Part shown: one piece after another, positions 51,361 through 62,265 of the stretch
Position numbering within the stretch: the first letter of the stretch is position 1
How the letters are laid out: every line of letters starts with the position of its first letter
Assembly (NCBI GenBank): GCA_043228905.1
Contig: JBHGNT010000016.1
Location: 13,020,001-13,084,000, forward strand
Length of the DNA stretch: 64,000 bases
Direction of reading: 5' to 3'
From: Azolla caroliniana
Lineage: Eukaryota > Plantae > Polypodiophyta
The notes under the pieces: model-generated
Databases searched by the model: none
What the model was told of the DNA's origin: nothing
Seen by the model: only the letters and a program-made list of their open reading frames with translations
Translations under genes and position numbers: made by a program

Positions 51361-53575
51361 AGATGGATGTAGCTTAGTTGGTAAGGTTGCCCAATGGAGA
51401 CTAGGTGGTCATGGGTTCAACCCCTACATTCCACAGTGGCATCTAGTGAATTAAGAGATATATAAGAAGTATATAATAGAGAGGTGAAGAAGTTGGGTTT
51501 CGAACCCAGAACGCAATGCTTGTAGTGCTAACAACTTACCACTAGGGTAAGGTAATTATGATAAAAGAGACAGAGAGAGAGAAAATATAGAGAGCGCAGA
51601 TGGATGTAGCTCAGTTAGTAAGGTTGCCCAATGGAGACCAGGTGGTCATGGGTTCAACCTCTACATTCCACAGTGACGTCTAGTGAATTAAGAGATATAT
51701 ATGAAGTATATAATAGAGAGAAGTGAGAAAATTGGGTTTCGAACCCAAGATCTAGCTTGTAGTGTTAACAATTTACCACTAGGGTAAGCTAATTACAAAA
51801 AAAAAAACACACACACAAAGACAGAGAGAACAAGATGTTGTATTAGCAGAATGTAAAATACATCCAATAGTAACTTAGTTACAAAAGGGTTGGTTTAAAT
51901 ACCAACTAACTTAGGGAAACTACCCTTTCTACTATTTACAAAACTAACATGAACCTAGAGTGTCTATTGCTAGTATGAAAGCCATTGCATTGGGGAAGTT
52001 GGGTTTGATTCTCAACATGCCCCTTCAAACGCAACTTCTTGTCGTTGGAAAGTCGTCTTGCTATTTGGTTCATTTCGGCTTTTAGGATTCCTCGGTTCTG
52101 TGTGCAGATGGTTGGTTGGATCGGTTTTGACTATTCTCCTTTGTTCGACTACTTCGTGCTCCTTGTTCGATTAGACTGTCAGCATTGTGCTTTGACTCTC
52201 CTTGGTCAGTTATGCTGCTACTTCGACTGCTCCTTTGGTCTGCTTCGATCGACTGATTGGATGTTGTTTGGCTGTGCATTGTTCTCGTCTGCGTTGTACT
52301 CCCCCTCAACCTCGGCAATGCGGCAATTGTTAGGCCAAGGTCTGACATGAATTGTCTGAGCTTGTCGACTCCTAAGGCTTTTGTGAAGATGTTAGCTACC
52401 TGAAGATTCGTACTGATGTGTTGCAAGTCAACATCTCCAACTTGAACATGCTCTCGGATGAAGTGATAGTGCACTTCGATATGCTTCGTGCGCACATGAA
52501 ACACCGGGTTCCGAGCCAGATGAATACTGCTCATGTTGTCGTAGTAAAGGAGAATCTGATCCTTGATTGGAACTCCCAGATCCTTCAATATTCTTTTCAA
52601 TCATACGGTTTCACATGTGCCCATGTATTCGGCTTTTGTGCTCGACATTGCGACTATCAGCTGCTTTTTGTTGCTCTAAGATATTGCTCCATTGCCGAGG
52701 GAGAAGACAAATCCTAATGTCTATCGTCTATCAGCCTTGTAGCTGGCCCAATCTGCATCTGTGTGCCCTTCGAGTTGAAGGACTGTGCCCGACTTATACA
52801 TGATGTCGTAATCCATTGTCCCACTAACGTACCTGAGTACTCTCTTAGCGCAATCCAGATGAATATCCTGAGGTTTCTCCATGAATTGGCTAAGTAGACC
52901 AACGGAATAACTGAGTTTGGGTCGTGTGATGGCAAGATAGATTAAGCTACCGATCAACTGACAATACTGAGTTGGGTCACAATCTTCTGTTCCAGAGTTA
53001 GCATCGAGCTTTAGGTTTCAATCGAGAGGGGTTGACACAAGTTTGCACTCTATCATCTTGAACTTGTACAACAAGTTGAGGTGATAGTGTTGTTGGGAGA
53101 TCATGATCCCGACTGGTATCCGAATTACTTCTATTATGAGGAAGTAATGGAGCTCGAGCATGTCTTTCATTTTGAATCTGCTGAACATGAGCGATTTGAC
53201 CTTGTTGATGTTGGCTATATTGTCTCCTCCGATAACCAAATCATCCACGTACTGGATGATCACAATCAGGCTTTCAGAATCGCTTCTTACGTAGAGGGAG
53301 TTGTCCAATTTCAACATTCAGAAGCCGATTTGGTGAAGATACTGAGTAATCTTCAAGTGCCGAGCACGCAATGCTTACTTGAGTCCGTACACTGGCTTCT
53401 TGAGTTGGTAGACTATGGTCGAATGGTTGTTCGATTCGAAACCAAGTGTTTGAATCATGAACACTTCCTCTTCTAACTTGCTTTGAAGAAAGTGGTTCTT
53501 CACGTCCATTTGATGGAGGTGACACCCTCCAACAGTCATGAATAGTCGTCATCGTTGCCATCACGGCAAAGGTCT
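51254..53575 (-). mobile_element. Element M: 3' part of a degenerate copia element (3' LTR 51254-52017, RNase H, RT)
   Basis: RTKHIEVHYHF, HTDADWA and QYVDDLVI motifs; PPT at 52018; LTR homologous to 32901-33185. Confidence 0.85.
51358..51795. repeat. Two tandem 237-bp units, each with a convergent pair of tRNA-like A/B-box modules, inserted in the (GA)n tract of the M LTR
   Basis: Forward GGATGTAGCTTAGTTGG...GGTTCAACCCCTACATTCCA at 51365 and 51602; reverse CTAGTGGTAA...GGTTCGAAACCC near 51492 and 51732. Confidence 0.75.
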
Positions 53576-56500
53576 CCGCGTGTTAGAAATGTAGTCATCT
53601 TTGTGATCCATAAATATGCCGACTCTTCATCTAGTTCTGTTGTATTAAAAGCTTCAGCTCGGAACAATTGGGCATCCAGAAAATTGTTGCGAACGCATTC
53701 ACCTGGTTCTCTAGACTCTAATAAACTTAGATAGTCGGCTACTGCATGTTGCACTCCAGGACGATGAATAATGTCAGACTTGAAATCCTCTAAGAGAAGC
53801 GTCCATCTTGCTAATTTCCCGATTAAAGATTGCTTTGACACTAGGTATAATATAGCAGAATGGTCGACATGAAAGGTAAATTTTCGTTCGAGAAGATAGT
53901 GTCCAAACTGATTTACACTATAAATCATGTCGAGAGCTTCTCGTTCTATTGTTGAATAATTCTACTCGGCAGTCGACAACTTCCGACTTGCGTAGTAGAT
54001 TAGTCTATACCAATTTGGTTCTAACAGTTGCATTATTGCACTTCCAATTGCTATATCGGATGCATCGACAAATACATGAAAATATTTTGTCCAATCAAGT
54101 GGTTGAATGACTGGAACTCTCAATAGCATCTTCTTCAGGCAATCATAAGCCTCTTGTTTTGCGTCGACCATTGAAAAGGTATTCTATGTACTGCAGCATG
54201 GAGAGGTGTAGCAACGTCGGCCAAATATCTGATCATTCGACTATGCCATCTAATTTGGCCCAAAAATCGACTTAATGCCTTAGCATTTGTCGACGGTGGT
54301 GCATCCATTATTGCTTTCACTTTATCGGGGTCGACAACAATTCCATCCTGACTAGCAATATTGCCAAGTAACGTACCATTTGTTATGCCGAATACACATT
54401 TCATTGGATTTAAACTTAGTTGACCTTGTTGACACTTCTCCAAACAGATTTGGAGATGTTCGAGATGATCATTTTTTCGATTGTAGACCACAAAGTTGTC
54501 GAGAAATACTTGCATAAATGTAGGTATATATTCCGAAAAGTTTTCCATAATTATCCTCTCGAATGTAGTTGGGGCTGTTTTGAGACCGAACATCATGACA
54601 ATTGCGACAAAAACGTCCCATTTAGTGACAAAGGCCTTCTTTTCCTGATTCTCTTGGTGCATTCGAATCTTATTACAACTGTTGAATCCATCCAGGAAGC
54701 TATATATCTTGTGATCGGCTACTGTGTTGAGTACTCCATCAATGAAAGGTAACAAAAAAGCATCTATCACTGTTGCTACATTCAATTTTATGTAATCGAC
54801 ATACACCCTAATTTTCCCATTCTTCTAGGGAACTACGACTATTGGCCTAAGCCAAGTGGCTTTCTTGACTAGTTGAATGAATCCAACCCGTAGCAGTTTG
54901 TCAATTTCTTCTTTCACTTTGACAACATAATTAGGATTCAGTCTATAACATCGTTGTTGTACAGGCTTAGCATCCTTATGTAGGTTGATCTGATGTTGAC
55001 AAAAAGTAGGATCCAATCCCTTCATATCCTTGAACGACCATGCAAACACATCTTTGTATTGTCGTAGTAATTCTGTGAGCTTGGTCTTCTCGGCTGATTG
55101 CATTTCCCTGGCTATTAACATTGTTTTCGGCAAGTCACTATCATTTTCTGCCAGATTCAATTCCTAGAGTGTAGAATCCTGCACTCTCTGTGATACTTGC
55201 ACCTCCTTTTCCATGGTTTCCTATTGATGTCGTAACTCCTTTAAATTTTTGTCCTCGACTGGGACATGAACATCTTTTTCTTCATTATTAATATATGGGG
55301 TGATTATTTCGACTACGTCGATCTCAAATAAGGGAATGATCTTCGGATTTTCATCAAAGTACTGATTCAATTCCCCGTCATCCAACCCCTCCATTATATT
55401 GACAGATTTAGCATATAAAGGCACAAACTGCCATGTTGTCGTTGCTTTCTCCTAAGTCGAAACTCTAATTTTTGTTTTGCTTTTTCGTAAAGTAAGAAGA
55501 TTCTTCTGCCAATTTTGTTTGATATTGGTTGTGCAAAGCCATCGTCGACCTAACAACATAGGGTATGCTCCTGGTGCATCTAAATGTAGGACGACCACCG
55601 ATATATGGAAGGTATGTCCGCCAATGACAATATCGAGTTGTCGAATTAAACTTAGTGGTCAGATAATGCTTGTATCTGCCATTCGTAATTAGAATGGAAA
55701 TGTCTCCCATTTTGTGATGCTAGGTCAATCGCAGCTGGTTTTATTAATCACATTTACTCCTAAGGCCCCACAATGCTACCTGGAACCTCTTGGCCCTGAA
55801 TGATTACCTTAATTGTCGGGATTTGCTCATCCATTATTGTTGGTCCTTTAACTAGATTGGTGAAATTAACGTCAACCTATTTCGACATTTTCTTAGTGAG
55901 AATTGTTGCGACCGTCTCTCTAAATCTGGGAACTACTTTAAGTAACCTAGCCAATGGTAAAGTTATATGACAATTAGCCAACACTTGCCATGTGTAATCA
56001 TGTTCGGTTATCGACTCTATTACTTCATTCTTCTTACCGGTAACAAGAATCCTTTAGACTATTTCACTATTTCCTGCATCATTCGGTCAATATTCCGCTT
56101 ATTTGCTTCAACCCATTCTTGCGCGGCTTTTTGAATAGCTTCTTGGGTGTCCCATTCGGATTGTTTTGCTTTACTCCTGGTCGTGACTTGTTGTACCTCT
56201 ACGGTTACCATATTTACCGATGGAGCCTTCCCTTTTTCTTTGGTTGGACATTGATTTGCATGGTGCCCATCTTTTCTGCAGGTATAGCAATTTGGTTCTT
56301 TCGGCCCACTATTTTTGCCATTCTCATAACGTGATTGCCGAACATCCTGTGGTTCCGGGTCATCTCACGTTTTAGAATTATATTGAAACTATCAATACGC
56401 CTTGGGTCGCCTATTGTTGTCTCGACATTTGTCACTGAATCAACGATTGTTCTGTCTATTGTTATCATTTCGCCTTTGATCATAAGATCATCGGTCATCG

Positions 56501-56930
56501 TAATGTCGAGAACCTTTGTAAGGACGTCGATCATTTCTATTATGTCTTGGTGAGTAATCATGCTCATATGTGTGATGACTATCCCTCCTATAATCATCTT
56601 GACGGTCATTGTCTCGTTGATAATCATCGTGGCGATCATCCCTTCGATATTCATCCCACTGATTCTGATCCGATGGGTAACGGTCCTCATATCTCGGTCG
56701 AACATCATCCCGAAACCAATGTTGTTGTTGATGTCTATCTTCCATGCGGTCGTCATGTGACTACATTTGTCTTACTGGAGTTACGACCTTATTGAAAAGA
56801 TTATGTTCATACTGATTGATCGAATGTGCCTTTGAATGACAAATTGGTCAATGCATGTGTAATGTGCATTCTATTGTAGAATGGTCTGGATTCAAACATC
56901 TCACAAACGCAGCACAAAAAGCACTATACC
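53576..56930 (-). mobile_element. Element N: decayed gag-pol fragment of the element D family
   Basis: YVDYIKLN, FLDGFNS, FVDASDIAIG and RD-rich gag, all colinear with D but more AT-rich; no LTRs found. Confidence 0.85.
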
Positions 56931-58190
56931 CTCCCTGTCTAACTTGTTAAAAAACAATGGAGTAAGTCTTTACCGGCATTGTTAAGTCGGAATTTGAATT
57001 TTTCTGAAATTGGTAAAGCTTTTTGTAATGATCCCGGGGGCTCCACTATATATAAAGATGTTGTATCACGTGCGTTCACGCCATCTTTTATAAACCCCTT
57101 TTAGGTATGTTTATTATTATTTTAGAGACCCTTTTGTAAAAAAACAGTTAATAAAAATACTGCTTAATGTAAATGTTGAGAATCAAGCTCAAAATAACAC
57201 AACATGTGAGCATACCTTTTGAGAATCTATGATTACTCAAAGGTCAAGAGTCACACCATTACTCTCTACACATTAACTATGTGTCATAAAATCATATTCT
57301 ATGACACATAACTAATGAGTTACATATTCCCCATGACTATGATTCTTCACAGTCCCCAAGAGAGAGTAGTTGTTGTAGTTAGTTAATGAAGAGAGAGGGT
57401 GACTATATATAAACCACCCTTCTCTTACTTTATACTAAGTCGGTTGTGACTCCTTGTAATGCTACATTTTGTAAATCTTATTCTACTTGTGAAATATACA
57501 CCTTCTTCTTGAGTATTCTATTTTCCTCTCATTTATCTATCTCGAGTTCTCTTCTCTCTTCTCTCTTCTTCTCTCACACATATACACACATAATGCACAT
57601 CTATTCCACTGCACAAGAATCACCTTGATTCTTTACATGGTATTAGAGTGGTTTGGTAGCTCGATCTAGCTCATCCACGTGTGTTGTGTTTTATGCCGAC
57701 GTTCGAGAAGAACCGGTCCATTGCTATCGTAGTGCTACTACATAGCTCGTATTCGAGAGAGAAGGAAAAGAAAATAAGGAGGAAATCTTCATCGACAATG
57801 AATACTCAAATGGGGAGCGCTCTCCCTAGCGAGAAGCTAGATCGAAACAACTTTGTATCTTGGGAGTACAAGATGCACCAATACCTTGTCGGCCAAGGCT
57901 ATTGGGGTTGCATCAAAGGAGCACAAGAAAACCGGCTCGAACCGAAAGACGCTGACTACGCAACATGGGAGCAAGCGGCAAGCCGAGTGATGTATTGCTT
58001 GGTGACTACATGCTCGGCTATATTCGAGAAGCCGAGACGCCAAATGAAGCATGGGAGAATCTACGAAAGATTTTCGCCACCAACACAACCGCGAGAAAGC
58101 TTCAACTCTGCCAAGAGTTGAACAACATCCAACAACGGGATATGTCCATCACGAGCTACACCTTGAAGATCAAGGAGCTTTGCGACTCAC

Positions 58191-59282
58191 TGTCACAGAC
58201 ATGATGACAAGATTTGAACTCCGTTGGTTGCTCATTTTCGTTGGTGTTTGTGTCTCCGGTGAGGACTGCACATGGTCTCTCACGCCCATTTCCGTTGATG
58301 TTCATGTCTCCGGTGAGGACCGTACATAGTCTCTCACGCCCGTTGGTTTTCGTGTCTCCAGTGAGGACCGCACACGGTCGCTCACGCCCATTTCCGTTGG
58401 TGTTCGTGTCTCTGGTGAGGACCGCACATGGTCTCTCACGTCCGTTGGTGTTCCAGTTCCCGGTGAGGACCGCACATGGTCTCTCATGTCCGTTGGTGTT
58501 CCATTTCCCCGTGAGGACCGCACATGGTCTCTCACACCCATTGGTGTTCTTGTGTTTGGTGAGGACTGCACATGGTCGCTCACACTCACGTTGGTGTTCT
58601 AGTCTCCGGTGAGCACCGCTCACGCTCACGTTGGTGTCCAGTCTCCGGTGAGGACCACACATGGTTGCTCGTGTTCACCCGTGCTCCTATTTATGGTGAG
58701 GACTACTCATGGTCACTCACACGATCACCTCAACGTACTTTGGTTTTCTCTTTCAGCTCACCCCTACACCACACTTTTGAAAAGGCGCCCGTAAAGGGGA
58801 GGATAATGTCACAGACATGATGACAAGATTTGAACTCTTGACCTCTTGTATATAGTCAAGTGCTGTGTTCTAACCAACACATCCAAATATATGGTCATGT
58901 TATATATATCTTAGTAGATTATTAATAGATTATCTATTTCAAGTTCTAGGAGTTTTTAGAAAGTTCTAGAACTAGAAGGTTTTAGAGGGTTCTAGAATAT
59001 TCTCCCGAATATTCTAATGCATGTACTTCGACTCACAGTATAAATACTTGTAACCTCCTTGGTCCCTTTCATGGGATTCAACACCAATCATTGACACATC
59101 AATCTAGTATTCTAGTTTCGCCTCATCTTTGTGGCCTTGATCTTTATTTCTGTTTTCATGCCCTCATGTCGCTAAGAACATCTAGAGTTCCTTGCCTCGT
59201 CACATCTAGTCCAAGTTCATCTGTCTCTCGTAGCCCCATCATCTGTGCTTCTTCCTAGTCCGTGCTTGGTGTGTCCGTGATA
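58191..59282 (+). mobile_element. Element P: internally deleted LTR element (31-bp 5' LTR stub, tandem array, PPT, 3' LTR 58807-59282)
   Basis: TGTCACAGACATGATGACAAGATTTGAACTC at 58191 and 58807; PPT AAAGGGGAGGATAA; TSD CTCAC/CTCGC; host gag resumes afterwards. Confidence 0.85.
58222..58720 (+). repeat. Tandem array of about ten 48/54-bp units (core GGTGAGGACCGCACATGGTCTCTCACG)
   Basis: Directly visible; also seen as repeated peptides in ORFs 58156-58662 and 58214-58612. Confidence 0.92.
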
Positions 59283-60916
59283 CTCGCTCGGCTCGATAAG
59301 CGTCAATGCGGACAATGATGAGATGGTGCAAATATGCCTCGGCGGCCTTGCACCACGGTTCAGCGTGATGAGGACCGCCGTACTAGGACGGGAGAATCCG
59401 CCCTCCTTCTTTGACCTTCAATCCATGTTGTTGGTCAAAGAAAACCATGTTTGAACAAGGAGCAACGCCTCGAAAGACCACATGCTTTACTCACACTTGG
59501 ACGGAGGAAGAGGACGCGACCGTGCAAGAAGAGGCCGATTCGGCCAAGGACGAGGCGGACGAGGCCCGACTTATGAAAACAACTCGCAATTTCGGCATCA
59601 AGACAGAAGCCATAGAGGAACCTTCGGAAGAAGGGGGAGCTTCCATTCCGGTCCGAGCCGACAAAACTCGGTCGAATGCGGATATTGCGGCAAAATCGGC
59701 CACCACGAAGAAGAGTGCTGAAAGAAGATGCGTGAGTCGGCTTCCACTAATCGACAACTAACCAATTACGCTACCAATTCCGACTATGATGATTGAGGAG
59801 GAATGTTCGTAATGAGACATAGAGCAAATTCTATGTCGGCCTCTACTTCGAATAGTGCATCTAGTCCGGAAGACGTATGGTTCGTCGACTCGGGTACCTC
59901 AAACCATATGACGTCTCATCAAGAATGGTTTCGAGAACCTCGAGAGCCGGACCGATCCAGCTACGTCGAAACCGTAGACGACACTACGCATCCGATTTGA
60001 CACATCGGCAATGTCCCATTCGGCAAAGAAGGTAACCAAACTTTTATTAAGAATGTCTTGTATGTACCAACCATTACAAAGAATTTGGTCTCCGTTGGCC
60101 AAATTCTTGAGTAAGGGATGCAAGTACGATTTAATCAAAGTGGTTGCTTCATCGAAAAAGAGGGCTGAATGTTCATTCTCGACTCCCACGAGATGAAATC
60201 GGCCATGTTCGCAAAGGGCACGAAAACCGATTCCGACATAGAGTTATGGCACATGCGGATTGGCCATATCAACCTCCAAAAGCTCAAGGGAATGCAATCG
60301 AAAGGAGTCGTCATCGGGCTCCCGACATTCAAGGAGAAAGAGATTGAAGGCGTGTGTGCTGCTTGCCAATTCGGCAAGCAACATCGGCACCCATTTCGGA
60401 AGGAACGGAACGTGAGCAAAGGTGTACTCGACGTAATTCATTCCGATGTATGGCGTTCGGCTCAGACGGCTACATTCGGAGGATGCCGATACTACGTTTC
60501 ATTCATCGACGACTTCTCCAGGCACACCTGGATCTACCCCATGTGGCAAAAGAGCGGAGTGTTCGGACACTTCCAAAAATTTAAGAATGAAGTCGAGAAA
60601 GCCACGGGTTGACATGTACGATGCCTTTCATCAGATGGAGGCAAGGAATATTTCTCGGATGAGTTTACGGTGTATCTACGGAAAGAAGGAATTCGGCGAG
60701 AGTTTTCGTGTTTACATACACCACAACAAAACGGTGTGGCCAAACGAAAGAATCGGCACATCCTCCAAGTAGCACGGGCCATGATGAATGAAAAGCACAT
60801 TGTCGTGCCTTTCGGCTCCGGATCGTTGCGTGAGTCGGGTGTGAACCACTGAGGTTTTGGACTAGGAGAAAGAAGAATTTGAGACGAGTTTGGTTATGAA
60901 TAGATAGAAAGATAGG

Positions 60917-61465
60917 TGTCATGAAGACATACATCTTGGCTTATCATGACATTCATCTTGGCGAACCAGGAATCGAACCCATAACCTCTTGGTTTACATA
61001 TTGTACTTTAACCATTGTAATAACATATGTGAGATGTAATCATAATAATTATATGTTTAGTTATTACGAGATATTTAGAACATTCTAGATTATTCTAGAA
61101 TGTTCTTGAATATTTCATGATTATATTTATTATTATTATTATTCATAAATATCTAAAATATTCTAGAACATTCTAGAATACTCCATAAGGGCCTATAAAT
61201 AAGAGTCCATACACTCATCACAACTCATTCGGTTCAACACCAGTCTTTAGCCCTTAGCCTACTCCTTGTAATCTTCTTTCTCATAATATAATCTCATTCC
61301 CATTTCTTATCTCTCACTTATACTTTTCTCTCTCTCGCACTCTCTCCCTCTTTCACTCTCTTTTGCTATCACTATCGCTATCTCTACCGCTCTCGCCATC
61401 TCTATCGTTATCGTTATCTCTATCGCCATCGCTCTCTCTCTGCTTCCTACTCAAGAGTCACGACA
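60917..61465 (+). mobile_element. Solo LTR nested in the LTR of element Q
   Basis: TGTCATGA...TCACGACA; 5-bp TSD ATAGG (60912-60916, 61466-61470); TATA near 61194; TTCTAGAA motifs shared with the P LTR. Confidence 0.88.
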
Positions 61466-62012
61466 ATAGGTAAGTTATGAATCTCGTGAATCCCACGAGT
61501 TTAGTGTATTTAATCAATATTTAGATCGTAAGAGACAATTTTGATCACAAATTCGTGAATCCCACGAATATATTATATTAATTGGTATTTTAGGAAATAT
61601 ATCCAATTTCCAAATATTCCACACACCTATTACATTGAGCTCCCATCCTTATATAGTGCTGAGAGAGTCTTAACAATCCATGCTTTTTCTATAGATAGAC
61701 TCTATGCTTAGTCTAAAGTGATCCTACTTTTTCTAATTTGATGCGTTTTTATCGATTATGGTGTTCATGCACGCTACATGTGCATGCGCAACTTTTTCTT
61801 TTATCCTGCGTTTTCTTCTAACTAAAGTTTATCCTAGCGTGAAATTACGTTTCTATGTGGGACGTTTACTTTTTAACACTGATGATATGTTAGTGTAATG
61901 GTAAGGTTTTATATTATTAACATGGAGGTACAAGGTTCGAATCCTGCCCTATGCATGTAACAATCTTTTTTCTTATTTACAAATTTGTCTCTTTATCCGA
62001 TGAGAGAATCTC

Positions 62013-62265
62013 ACCGGCCTTCTTCATCCGGCTCTTGCCGGGTCTGCTTCATCTAGTTCTCATCGGTTTTCTTTATCCGGTTCTTACCAGGTCCTCCTTA
62101 CCGGTCCTCTTCTTCCGGCTCTTGCCGGTTCTGCTTGATCCGATTCTTACCGGTTTTCATTATCCGGTTCTTACCGGGTCCTCCTTACCGGTCCTCTTCG
62201 TCCGGCTCTTGCCGGTTCTGCTTGATCCGGTTCTTACCGATTCTCCTTACCGGATCCTCCTTACC
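62013..62265. repeat. CCGG-rich tandem repeat (about 87-bp unit, about 3 copies) within the Q LTR
   Basis: tccggctcttgccgg...tatccggttcttacc repeated. Confidence 0.85.

Larger units (their letters stand above)
57174..60800 (+). mobile_element. Element O: copia element, 5' LTR 57174-57637, Met-i PBS, gag from 57798, protease and integrase; interrupted at 58191 and 60801
   Basis: TGGTATTAGAG PBS; EKLDRNNFVSW; CGYCGKIGHHEEEC; WFVDSGTSNHM; LWHMRIGH; TPQQNGVAKRKN. Confidence 0.88.

Noticed and set aside
51365-51433. Functional tRNA gene
   Set aside because: D and anticodon arms do not fold canonically and it lies in a duplicated unit inside an LTR; treated as tRNA-like only
58222-58720. CRISPR-like repeat-spacer appearance
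   Set aside because: The spacers are homologous to one another, there are no cas genes, and the context is a eukaryotic retroelement
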